From Clostridia bacterium (GTDB lineage: Bacteria; Bacillota; Clostridia; RGIG6154), in the NCBI GenBank assembly GCA_045589295.1, contig JAZNOU010000012.1, positions 64,001-128,000 of the forward strand: a stretch of DNA of 64,000 bases, in the 5' to 3' direction. A program made the position numbers and the translations under genes. Positions 9,663-18,541 of this stretch are shown one piece after another. Numbering within the stretch: the first letter of the stretch is position 1; each line of letters opens with the position of its first letter. Below the pieces are notes generated by a model. The model was not told the DNA's origin, ran no database searches, and worked only from the letters and a program-made list of their open reading frames with translations.

Positions 9663-10829
9663 ATGTATACATTTTCCACCAAAATAAGAGACTTAGAGGG
9701 TTCTGCTATCCGTGCGGTTTTGAAGATGGCACAGGGTAAAGACCTTATTACTTTTGCAGGCGGTCTTCCTGCTTTGGAAACACTTCCTGTTGACTTTATC
9801 AATAAGACTATTGATAAGGTTTTAAATGAAAATCCTTCTCTTGCGCTTCAGTATGGTGTTACTGACGGTTACGGCGTTTTGATTGAACGCTTACAGCAAA
9901 AGGTTAAAAATATGGGTATGAGTCTTAAGGAAAACGGTGTTATGGTAACCTCGGGCGGTCAGCAGGTTATTGACCTGGTTGCAAGGAGCCTTTTAAATGA
10001 GGGAGATGTTGTTTTGTGCGAACTTCCTACATTTATCGGCGGTCTTAACGTGTTTAAATCATACAACGCAAATGTTATTGGCGTTCCGTTGGAAAAAGAC
10101 GGCATAAATTTAGAGGCTCTTGAAAAACAGCTTAAAGAAAATAACGTTAAAATTTTATATACAATTCCTACATTCCACAATCCGATGGGAACTACTATGT
10201 CTGAGCTTAAGAGAAAGGCAATTCTTGCGCTTGCTCACAAGTATGACTTCTTAATTATTGAAGATAATCCGTACGGGGAACTCAGGTTTAAGGGCGAAGA
10301 GGTTCCTACAATGAAATCTTTGGATGCTGAGGGCAGAGTTATTTATGCAGGCTCATTTTCTAAAATTTTATCACCCGGTCTTCGTGTGGGTTTTGCTGTT
10401 GCACCAAAGCCGGTTTTGGAAAAAATGGTTGTTGCAAAGCAGGTTATTGACGTTCACACAACAATGCTTTCACAAATTGTTGCGGCTGAGTTTTTAGCTT
10501 GGGACGGATATGATGCTCACATTAAAAACTGTTGTGAAAATTACGGGAAAAAAGCAGCTTTAATGAGCGAGTGCATTGACAAGTATCTGCCTGAATACAT
10601 TACTCACACAAATCCTGACGGAGGTATTTTTATGTGGTGTGACATTGACAAAGATGTTGACACCAAAGAGCTTTTGGCTAAGGCTGTTGAGAAAAAGGTT
10701 GCGTATATTCCTGGTTACACATTTATGATTGATACCGAAAAGCCGTGCAACTCATTCAGACTTAACTACTCAATGCCGACAGAGGAAGATATTATAAAAG
10801 GTATTGAACTTTTGTCAGATGTATTTTAA
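9663..10829 (+). CDS. PLP-dependent class I/II aminotransferase (LysN/ARO8-like)
   Basis: FAGGLP, PTFHNPMG, IIEDNPYGEL, SFSKILSPGLRVG. Confidence 0.9.
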   Translation: MYTFSTKIRDLEGSAIRAVLKMAQGKDLITFAGGLPALETLPVDFINKTIDKVLNENPSLALQYGVTDGYGVLIERLQQKVKNMGMSLKENGVMVTSGGQQVIDLVARSLLNEGDVVLCELPTFIGGLNVFKSYNANVIGVPLEKDGINLEALEKQLKENNVKILYTIPTFHNPMGTTMSELKRKAILALAHKYDFLIIEDNPYGELRFKGEEVPTMKSLDAEGRVIYAGSFSKILSPGLRVGFAVAPKPVLEKMVVAKQVIDVHTTMLSQIVAAEFLAWDGYDAHIKNCCENYGKKAALMSECIDKYLPEYITHTNPDGGIFMWCDIDKDVDTKELLAKAVEKKVAYIPGYTFMIDTEKPCNSFRLNYSMPTEEDIIKGIELLSDVF

Positions 10830-10834
10830 AAATT

Positions 10835-10964
10835 AAATCATCAAAAGTCAGGACATGCGCCTGACTTTTGATACCACTAAATTTGCTTGTGCCTCGTATG
10901 CGAGGCACAAGGCGCGAGCGAACAAATTTGCAAAACCAAAGTGCAATGTGTATTGCACTTTGAG
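10835..10964 (+). repeat. Dispersed three-hairpin repeat, copy A (full)
   Basis: Hairpins at 10840-10872, 10886-10911 and 10937-10962; aligns by eye with reverse complement of 48782-48911. Confidence 0.75.
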
Positions 10965-10985
10965 AGCGACGTTAGGAGCGATTTT

Positions 10986-11966
10986 ATGAAAAAAACAATA
11001 TTCAGCGGTGTTCAGCCATCAGGACAGATTACTCTTGGTAACTATCTTGGTGCGCTTAAAAACTGGACTAAGCTGTTAGATGAATACAATTGCATTTTTG
11101 CGGTAATGGATTTACATTCCATTACTGTTAGACAAAACCCTGAGGAACTAAGAGAAAGAAGTTTGAAACTTTTAGCTCAGTACATTGCGTGTGGCTTATC
11201 ACCAGAGAAGTGCACGCACTTTATTCAGTCACATGTGCCTGCTCACGCTCAGCTTTCTTGGGTTTTGGGTTGCTATACTTATATGGGTGAGCTTAACAGA
11301 ATGACACAATTTAAAGAAAAATCTCAGCGCCATGCTGACAACATTAATGCAGGGCTTTACACCTATCCTGTTTTGATGGCAGCAGACATTTTGCTTTACA
11401 ATGCAGATCTTGTACCTGTTGGTCACGACCAGAAGCAACACTTGGAAATGGCACGTGATATTGCAGAGCGTTTCAATGGAATTTATGGTGATACTTTTAC
11501 AGTGCCAGATCCGTTTATTGCAAAAATGGGTGCAAGAATTATGGACCTGTCCGACCCAACCAAAAAAATGTCAAAATCTGAACCTGCAGGCAGCATTTCA
11601 CTTTTAGAAGACGAAAATGTTATTCTTAAAAAAATCAAAAGAGCGGTTACAGATTCACTGGGGATTGTAAAATATGAAGAGGGCAGACACGGTATTAACA
11701 ATCTCTTGTCAATTTACTGTGCGGTTACAGGAAAAACTGTAGAAACGGCTGAAAAAGAATTTGATGGTAAGGGCTACGGCGATTTTAAAAAGGCGGTGGC
11801 AGAAGTTGTTATTGATGAGCTTCGTCCTGTTCAGCAACGGTACAATGAGCTTATTGAAAACAAGGATTATCTTGACGGAATTATTAAAGACGGCGCTGCA
11901 AAGGCAAATGAAATTGCACAAAAAACTATAAAAGACGTTTATGAAAAGGTTGGCTTTATTGTATGA
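10986..11966 (+). CDS. trpS: Tryptophanyl-tRNA synthetase
   Basis: FSGVQPSG, TLGNYLGA, YPVLMAADIL, GHDQKQH, KKMSKS; start at ATG 10986. Confidence 0.97.
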   Translation: MKKTIFSGVQPSGQITLGNYLGALKNWTKLLDEYNCIFAVMDLHSITVRQNPEELRERSLKLLAQYIACGLSPEKCTHFIQSHVPAHAQLSWVLGCYTYMGELNRMTQFKEKSQRHADNINAGLYTYPVLMAADILLYNADLVPVGHDQKQHLEMARDIAERFNGIYGDTFTVPDPFIAKMGARIMDLSDPTKKMSKSEPAGSISLLEDENVILKKIKRAVTDSLGIVKYEEGRHGINNLLSIYCAVTGKTVETAEKEFDGKGYGDFKKAVAEVVIDELRPVQQRYNELIENKDYLDGIIKDGAAKANEIAQKTIKDVYEKVGFIV

Positions 11967-14137
11967 GTGTAAGTTTACTGGTTATTTTAGCTTTTGTGGT
12001 TGCATTTTTAGCGTCCTTTGCGTCAACTCCGTTTGCACGCGAGCTTGCTTATAAAATAGGCGCCATTGATGTACCTAAAGATGCAAGAAGAATGCACAAA
12101 ATCCCAACTCCAAGACTTGGAGGCATTGCTATATTTTTAGGTTTTATAATTGCGCTTGTTTGTTTTGTGATTTTAACTCCTGAAATTATAGGCATTGTAA
12201 TTGCTTCGTTAATTATTGTTTTGATGGGAATGATTGACGATAAAAAACCTATAAAAGCATGGCAAAAGCTTTTGGTACAAATTGTGTGTGCTTTGATTGT
12301 TGCGGTTTCGGGCGTGAAAATTGAAGTTTTTACAAACCCAAACCTCTTTTCTTCAAGTGATTATTTGTTATTGGGTAAGCTTTCAATTCCTGTTACGGTT
12401 ATATGGATTGTTATAATTACAAATGCCGTTAATTTAATTGATGGTTTGGACGGCTTGGCTGCAGGCGTTGCATCTATTTCGTCTGTATGCCTGTTGGTAA
12501 TTTCTTTAATGGTTTCTGAAAGCAATATTGCTGTTTTAACTGCATGTCTTGCCGGAGCGTGTTTTGGATTTTTACCTTACAATTTTAACCCTGCATCAAT
12601 TTTTATGGGAGATTCAGGCTCAAACTTTTTAGGATTTATGCTTGCCTGCATATCGATTGAGGGGTTGTTTAAGGGATACGCGGTTATTTCGTTTGCAGTT
12701 CCGCTCTTGCTTTTAGCGCTTCCGATTTTTGATACTTCGGTTGCAATTTTAAGAAGAATTAAAAACAAAAAACCTGTTATGGCACCGGACAGAGGGCATC
12801 TTCATCACAAACTTGTGGATATGGGCTTTTCTCAAAAGCAGGCTGTGTTAATTCTTTACACAATTTCTGCTGTTTTGGGGCTTGCGGCTATTGTATTTAC
12901 AGGGTTTGGTGCACTTCGTGCAATTATGCTTTTGTGTGCTGCGCTTGCAGGTATGCTTATAAGTATTTACTTTTTTAAAGAAAGGACAAGTAGTATGATT
13001 AAGGTTATGACAATTTTCGGGACACGTCCTGAGGCCATTAAAATGGCACCATTGATTAAAGAACTCGAATCCAGAAAAGAAATTAATTCTGTTGTTGCAG
13101 TTACTGCTCAGCACCGCCAGATGCTTGATCAGGTTCTTAAAATTTTTGATATTTTGCCAAACTACGATCTTAACATTATGAAAGACCGTCAAACTCTTGT
13201 TGGCATTGTAACAGGGGCTTTGGCGGGTCTTGACGAAATTATGAAAAAAGAAAATCCTGACATTGTGCTTGTTCATGGTGATACATCTACTACTTTTGTA
13301 GGAGCGCTTGCTGCTTTTTACAATCAAATTGCTGTGGGGCACGTTGAGGCTGGTCTTCGCACTTATGACAAGTATTCACCATTCCCTGAAGAAATGAACA
13401 GAAAGCTTACAGGGCAGATGACAGATATGCATTTTGCACCTACAGTTAAAAACAAGAACAATCTTTTAAGAGAAGATATGAACGAAGATGATATTTACAT
13501 TACGGGTAACACTGTAATTGATGCGCTTAAAACTACTGTTCGTGATGATTACGAATTTGTTGACAAAACACTAAAAAGTCTTGATTTTGAAGGCAAAAGA
13601 GTTATTTTGGTTACTGCTCACAGACGTGAAAATTTAGGAAGACCTCTTGAAAATATTTGTGAGGCCATAAAGGAAATTGCGCTTTCTTACGATGCTGTTG
13701 AAATAGTTTATCCTATTCATATGAATCCTGCTGTTCGTGAGGTTGCACATAAGATTTTAGACGGACTTGAAAATGTTCACATTATTGAGCCGTTAGATGT
13801 TGAAGAACTTCACAATGCTATGAACAGATGCTATATGGTTATGACAGATTCGGGCGGAATTCAGGAGGAAGCACCGAGTCTTAAAAAGCCTGTATTGGTA
13901 CTTCGTACAGAAACAGAGCGTCCTGAAGCGGTAGAAGCGGGAACTGTTAAAATTGCAGGCGTTGAAAAAGATGTTATTTTAAAAATGGCAAAAGAATTGT
14001 TAGACGATGAAACAGCTTATGCAAAAATGGCTAAGGCGGCAAACCCTTACGGCGATGGCCTTGCATCTAAAAGAATTGTCGATGCGATTATTGCAAAATT
14101 TAACAATCTTCCAAAACCTGAGGACTTTATTTCGTAA
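11963..14137 (+). CDS. In-frame fusion: TagO/WecA undecaprenyl-P GlcNAc-1-P transferase + UDP-GlcNAc 2-epimerase (MnaA/WecB, internal start 12995)
   Basis: N half: RLGG, NAVNLIDGLDGLA, FMGDSGS, DRGHLHH. C half: FGTRPEAIKMAP, HGDT, HVEAGLR, HRREN, DSGGIQEEAP. Confidence 0.9.
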   Translation: MSVSLLVILAFVVAFLASFASTPFARELAYKIGAIDVPKDARRMHKIPTPRLGGIAIFLGFIIALVCFVILTPEIIGIVIASLIIVLMGMIDDKKPIKAWQKLLVQIVCALIVAVSGVKIEVFTNPNLFSSSDYLLLGKLSIPVTVIWIVIITNAVNLIDGLDGLAAGVASISSVCLLVISLMVSESNIAVLTACLAGACFGFLPYNFNPASIFMGDSGSNFLGFMLACISIEGLFKGYAVISFAVPLLLLALPIFDTSVAILRRIKNKKPVMAPDRGHLHHKLVDMGFSQKQAVLILYTISAVLGLAAIVFTGFGALRAIMLLCAALAGMLISIYFFKERTSSMIKVMTIFGTRPEAIKMAPLIKELESRKEINSVVAVTAQHRQMLDQVLKIFDILPNYDLNIMKDRQTLVGIVTGALAGLDEIMKKENPDIVLVHGDTSTTFVGALAAFYNQIAVGHVEAGLRTYDKYSPFPEEMNRKLTGQMTDMHFAPTVKNKNNLLREDMNEDDIYITGNTVIDALKTTVRDDYEFVDKTLKSLDFEGKRVILVTAHRRENLGRPLENICEAIKEIALSYDAVEIVYPIHMNPAVREVAHKILDGLENVHIIEPLDVEELHNAMNRCYMVMTDSGGIQEEAPSLKKPVLVLRTETERPEAVEAGTVKIAGVEKDVILKMAKELLDDETAYAKMAKAANPYGDGLASKRIVDAIIAKFNNLPKPEDFIS

Positions 14138-15117
14138 TGGAAACTATCAAAAAAGCTTTTAAAGACAAAAAATTTGATAATTTATATTTTTTCTATGGTG
14201 AAGAGGTTTATCTCTCAAACTTTTATGTTAATGCTTTGAAAAAAGAGCTGGTTGAAAATGAGGAGTTTAATTTTACAAGGCTTTTTTGTGACGAGCTTGA
14301 CAGGTTTCAGGAATCGGTTGAGGCTATGCCTGTTTTTGAAGAAAATCGCATGGTTTTGGTATCAGCGAGGGATTTTTCTTCCGAAATAAAAGAGGATTCT
14401 TACCGTCTTTTAGAAGAAATGCTTGAGGATATGCCCCCATTTACCTATGTGGTGTTTGTTTGCTCGACTATTAAAAAGACAAGCAAAATCTACAAGCTTT
14501 TATCTTCAAAATGCACCACCTGTGTGTTTGAAAAGCAAAAAGCACCCAGTCTTATTTCGTGGATAACGAATGTTTTTAAGAAAAAAGGCTATGAAATTGA
14601 AAAAGACACAGCTGCATATCTTTTGGAGTTTGCGGGCAGCGATATGACCAAGCTTCAAAGTGAGGCGGACAAGCTTGCCTCTTATGAATTCAAAACAAAA
14701 AAGATTACTGAAAAAAGCATTGAGGCGGTTGTTACAAGAACCATAGAGTCTAAGGTTTTTGACCTTTTAGATGCCGCAATGTATAAAAAAAGCGATACTG
14801 CTTTTGAAATTTTGAACAACTTAATGCGTGAAAAGGAAGAGCCTGTTTACATTAACGGCGCTTTGATGAGAAACATAACATCTCTTTTGAATTACAAGAT
14901 TTTAAAAGCAGAGGGCAAGCCGATTTCTGCAATTTCAGAAAAGCTTGGGCTTAGACCTTTTGTTCAGAAAAAATATGCTGAGTTTGACAAAAAGTTTTCC
15001 GAAAGCTTTTTACAACAAATGATAAATGAGTGCGCTAGGTGCGACATTGGTTTTAAAACGGGCGAGATGGAAGGGTATACCGGACTTTCGCTGTTAATAG
15101 GACAATTGTGTAAATGA
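14137..15117 (+). CDS. holA: DNA polymerase III delta subunit
   Basis: LYFFYGEEVYL, E.DKLASY, VFDLLDA, size 326 aa. Confidence 0.85.
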   Translation: METIKKAFKDKKFDNLYFFYGEEVYLSNFYVNALKKELVENEEFNFTRLFCDELDRFQESVEAMPVFEENRMVLVSARDFSSEIKEDSYRLLEEMLEDMPPFTYVVFVCSTIKKTSKIYKLLSSKCTTCVFEKQKAPSLISWITNVFKKKGYEIEKDTAAYLLEFAGSDMTKLQSEADKLASYEFKTKKITEKSIEAVVTRTIESKVFDLLDAAMYKKSDTAFEILNNLMREKEEPVYINGALMRNITSLLNYKILKAEGKPISAISEKLGLRPFVQKKYAEFDKKFSESFLQQMINECARCDIGFKTGEMEGYTGLSLLIGQLCK

Positions 15118-15147
15118 AAAGATGTGATGAAAATCACATCTTTTTTT
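15118..15147 (+). terminator. Intrinsic terminator after holA
   Basis: AAAGATGTGAT-gaaa-ATCACATCTTTTTTT. Confidence 0.75.
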
Positions 15148-15162
15148 ATGAATAATGAAGGA

Positions 15163-15186
15163 GCAAACGCTTTGGCGTTTGCTTTT
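15163..15186. repeat. 24-bp direct repeat (hairpin), copy 1
   Basis: GCAAACGCTTTGGCGTTTGCTTTT identical to 15741-15764. Confidence 0.9.
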
Positions 15187-15400
15187 ATTTTATGGGGGTT
15201 GGGTTGTTGGTTATGCCTAAGATGTAGTCAGAAGATACGTTATAAAGTTTTGTTAGTTTGATTACCATTGAAACCGGAATTTCTCTCAAACCACGTTCAT
15301 ATCTTGCATACACTTGACGGTTACAGGTAAGGTACTCGGCTACCTGTTCTTGTGTTAAGTCGTTATCCATTCGTAAATCATACAAACGTTTAAAAAACAT
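15185..15400 (-). CDS. XRE-family HTH regulator
   Basis: MFFKRLYDLRMDNDLTQEQVAEYL...YARYERG...VSSDYILG; RBS GAGGTGG. Confidence 0.85.
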   Translation of the reverse strand: MFFKRLYDLRMDNDLTQEQVAEYLTCNRQVYARYERGLREIPVSMVIKLTKLYNVSSDYILGITNNPTPIK

Positions 15401-15491
15401 TAAAACCACCTCTTGACTTTAATGTTACCATATGGTATCATTTATGTTATTAATATGGTACCAAACGGCACCTTGGAGAAAGGATATAATT

Positions 15492-15722
15492 ATGAATATT
15501 AAAGTTGAATTATTAAAAGAGTGGGTGGCGGACCGAATTATAAACAATATGAATGATTTTGAAATTGACGCTAATGAAATTGCAGACAGCACTGCCATTA
15601 GGGCACTTTCGGAAATTCAGAAAATTTTGATAAGCGATGATTATGATGAAGAAATTGTGGAGCAGATTGTGTCGGTTTTTTCAAAATATCATTTGGATTT
15701 TGGTTCTTGTCACAATTATTAA
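15492..15722 (+). CDS. Small acidic hypothetical protein
   Basis: RBS GAAAGGA, ATG 15492; promoter TTGACT-17-TATCAT overlapped by palindrome TACCATATGGTA (15426-15437). Confidence 0.7.
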   Translation: MNIKVELLKEWVADRIINNMNDFEIDANEIADSTAIRALSEIQKILISDDYDEEIVEQIVSVFSKYHLDFGSCHNY

Positions 15723-15740
15723 AAGTTTTTATAATATGGT

Positions 15741-15764
15741 GCAAACGCTTTGGCGTTTGCTTTT
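15741..15764. repeat. 24-bp direct repeat (hairpin/terminator), copy 2
   Basis: Identical to 15163-15186, followed by a longer T run. Confidence 0.9.
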
Positions 15765-15816
15765 TTTTTCGCTTTGCGACAAGGTTTTACAAAATAAGTG
15801 CAGTCTACTTTGAAAC

Positions 15817-15852
15817 ATGTCCTTGAATGTCACATTATAGTAGTGGTATAAT
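15817..15852 (+). promoter_or_regulatory. Putative late promoter of the structural operon
   Basis: Direct repeat ATGTCC/ATGTCA with 10-bp period (15817, 15827), then extended -10 TGGTATAAT (15844-15852). Confidence 0.55.
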
Positions 15853-15877
15853 GCGCCCAGTCGAAAGGAGAGGCGAT

Positions 15878-16057
15878 ATGCAAAATAAAGTTTTGAATAA
15901 GACCGAGATACTTTTTAACTTAAGCTTAATTGCAAAAGATGACGCAGTTGCACCTAATTACAGAATAAAAGCTTTGGAGCTTTTGGGTAAGGCAAAGGGG
16001 ATTTTTGAGAGCGACGAAAAGGTTTTGGGTACTGTTAAGATAGTGGATGATATTTAA
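15878..16057 (+). CDS. Terminase small subunit, C-terminal part only (59 aa)
   Basis: RBS GAAAGGAG; RIKALELLGK...VKIVDDI, the typical TerS C-terminus; abuts terL. Confidence 0.75.
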   Translation: MQNKVLNKTEILFNLSLIAKDDAVAPNYRIKALELLGKAKGIFESDEKVLGTVKIVDDI

Positions 16058-17251
16058 GTGAATTTAAAAGATGCTGTAGCACCAAGCTTTTTTAGTGTTC
16101 ACGAAGCAATCAAAAAAGAAAAGTATACCCATTACTTTTTAAAAGGCGGAAGGGGTTCTGCCAAATCATCTTTTGTTTCTGTTGAAATTATTTTAGGTAT
16201 TATGAAAAACAAAAACGCTAATGCGGTGGTTTTAAGATGCGTTGCGTCTTCGCTCCGTGACAGCGTAATAGAACAGCTCAGCTGGGCGGCCGACCTGTTG
16301 GGCGTTTCGCATCTCTTTAAGACGACTTTTGCTCCTGCTGAAATGATTTTTTTACCGACGGGTCAGAAAATTATTTTCAAAGGGGCAGACGATGTTAAGA
16401 AAATCAAATCCACAAAGGTTAAAAACGGATACATAAGATATGTTTGGTTTGAAGAATGTGATGAATTTAAAAGCTACGACGATATTTTATCTGTTAACCA
16501 ATCTCTTTTACGAGGCGGTGAAAAGTTTGAAGTTTTTTACACTTTTAATCCGCCAAAAAATAAATCACATTGGATTAATTCGGTTAAGGGAAACAAAGAC
16601 ACGCTTTTTCATCACTCCACATACTTAAGCGTTCCATTTAAATGGCTTGGAAAACAGTTTTTTGAGGAAGCCGAAAGACTTAAAAATACTGATGAAGAAA
16701 GGTACCGGCATCAGTATTTAGGTGAATGTATTACTCCCAAGGAGCAGATTATTAAAAATTTTGAGGTTTTAGATGAATTACCTGAAACTGACATTAAGTT
16801 TTTAGGTCAGGATTTTGGGTTTAACCATGCAAATGCTATTTTGGAAGTGGGATTTACTGAAAACACTATTTACATTTACAAAGAGCATTATGTAAAGGGT
16901 ATGGACACTTCAGAGGTTATAAAAGATGCCGAAGGCATATTCAATAAAGACCTCATTATGTGGTGCGACAGTGCTGAGCCTGACAGGATTAAAATGTGGA
17001 AAAAGGCTGGATACAGAGCAGTACCTGTTTCAAAGGAGCGCGCATCTGTAAAAGCTCAGATTGATTTTCTTCTTTCCCATAAAATTGTTATTCATTCGTC
17101 CTGCGTTAACACTGTTAACGAAATAAACGGCTGGTGCTGGATGAAGGACAAGGCTACGGGTGAGTGCAGCGATGTGCCAAACCCAATAAATGACGATTTA
17201 ATGGCGGCGCTTCGCTACAGCATTGAATATTTAAGAAAGGCAGGATTTTGA
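16058..17251 (+). CDS. PBSX-family terminase large subunit
   Basis: KGGRGSAKS Walker A, WFEECDE Walker B, TFNPP, GQDFG, CDSAEP, DDLMAALRY. Confidence 0.92.
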   Translation: MNLKDAVAPSFFSVHEAIKKEKYTHYFLKGGRGSAKSSFVSVEIILGIMKNKNANAVVLRCVASSLRDSVIEQLSWAADLLGVSHLFKTTFAPAEMIFLPTGQKIIFKGADDVKKIKSTKVKNGYIRYVWFEECDEFKSYDDILSVNQSLLRGGEKFEVFYTFNPPKNKSHWINSVKGNKDTLFHHSTYLSVPFKWLGKQFFEEAERLKNTDEERYRHQYLGECITPKEQIIKNFEVLDELPETDIKFLGQDFGFNHANAILEVGFTENTIYIYKEHYVKGMDTSEVIKDAEGIFNKDLIMWCDSAEPDRIKMWKKAGYRAVPVSKERASVKAQIDFLLSHKIVIHSSCVNTVNEINGWCWMKDKATGECSDVPNPINDDLMAALRYSIEYLRKAGF

Positions 17252-17254
17252 TTT

Positions 17255-18532
17255 TTGAATATTTACTCAGTTTGCGATTATTTAGGCAAGAAGCTTGGAA
17301 TAAACATTCCTTGCGATTTTTATCAGAACGTAAAGCTCTGGCGTGACTGGTACAAGGGGTATTCAAAAGAGTTTCATCACTATACCGATTTTAACGGCAA
17401 AGAAACGGTGGAACTTGACAGGTACTCGCTTAAAATGGCAAAAAAAGTGTGCGAAGACTGGGCAAATCTGTTGTTTAACGAAAAGACTGTTGTTGCATCT
17501 GATAATGAAAAGGCGGACAAGCTTTTAAAAAGCATATTTTCTGCAAGCTCATTCCGCCAGGGAATGAACAATTTGGTTGAAAAGGCGTTTGCGCTTGGTA
17601 CAGGGGCGGCAGTTTTAAGGTTAAAGGGCAGTGAGATTTCGTTTGATTTCATAGGCGCAGAGTCAATTATTCCAATTTCGTACAAAGATGGCAATATTGA
17701 GGAAGTAGCCTTTGCAAGTGATTTTTATCATAGAGGCAAAAGGTACACTTACTTAGAGTGCCATTTAAAAGACAGTAACGGAAACTACGTTATTACAAAC
17801 GAGTATTTAGACGATTTGTTTGGTGTGGCTGAATTAGACACGGGGGTAATTAAAAGCTACAACACAAACTCTTGTATGCCGTGGTTCTCCATTATAAAGC
17901 CTAATATTGTAAACAATATTAACGATGTAACACCTCTCGGCATCTCGGTTTTTGCTAACGCGATTGACGTTTTAAAGGGACTTGACCTTGCGTATGACAA
18001 TCTTTGCACAGACTTTTTCTTAGGCGGGAAAATGATTATGATGAACGAAACGGTGATTGCAAAAGAAGAGGGCGGAAGAAGAATTCCTCCGCAGTTTTCA
18101 AGAAAGCGCCTTTTTATGTCAATGGGAGATTCTATTATTGACGGGAAAATGTATGAAGAATATAATCCTGCGCTCCGCGTTGACGAAAACACAAAGGGTA
18201 TTTTTACCCAGCTTTCGATTTTGGCCTCCATTTGCGGACTTGGTGAAAAGTTTTACTCTTTTTCAAACAATGAGGTTAAAACTGCAACTGAGGTTATGAG
18301 TGAAAACTCATCTCTTTTCAGATGTGTGAAAAAACACGAAATTATCATCGAAAATGCGCTTATTGCACTTGCAAAGGCGGTGCTTGATATTTTCAAAATT
18401 GATGCAAATGTTACAGTTATGTTTGATGACAGCATTATTGAAGACAAAAAGTCTGAAAGAGAGCAGGATTTTAAAGATGTAGAGGCAGGTCTTATGGAAA
18501 AGGAAAGTTACATCAGAAAGTATCACGCATAA
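17255..18532 (+). CDS. Phage portal protein (SPP1 gp6/A118-like)
   Basis: MAKKVCEDWANLLFNEK, PLGISVFANAID, KTATEVMSENS, FDDSIIED; follows terL. Confidence 0.88.
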   Translation: MNIYSVCDYLGKKLGINIPCDFYQNVKLWRDWYKGYSKEFHHYTDFNGKETVELDRYSLKMAKKVCEDWANLLFNEKTVVASDNEKADKLLKSIFSASSFRQGMNNLVEKAFALGTGAAVLRLKGSEISFDFIGAESIIPISYKDGNIEEVAFASDFYHRGKRYTYLECHLKDSNGNYVITNEYLDDLFGVAELDTGVIKSYNTNSCMPWFSIIKPNIVNNINDVTPLGISVFANAIDVLKGLDLAYDNLCTDFFLGGKMIMMNETVIAKEEGGRRIPPQFSRKRLFMSMGDSIIDGKMYEEYNPALRVDENTKGIFTQLSILASICGLGEKFYSFSNNEVKTATEVMSENSSLFRCVKKHEIIIENALIALAKAVLDIFKIDANVTVMFDDSIIEDKKSEREQDFKDVEAGLMEKESYIRKYHA

Positions 18533-18541
18533 GGAGAAAAA

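Noticed and set aside
10830-10985. T-box leader upstream of trpS
   Set aside because: No AAGGTGGnACCGCG T-box or specifier stem; the region is instead a copy of the dispersed hairpin repeat, and the ORF-track extension from 10887 is spurious
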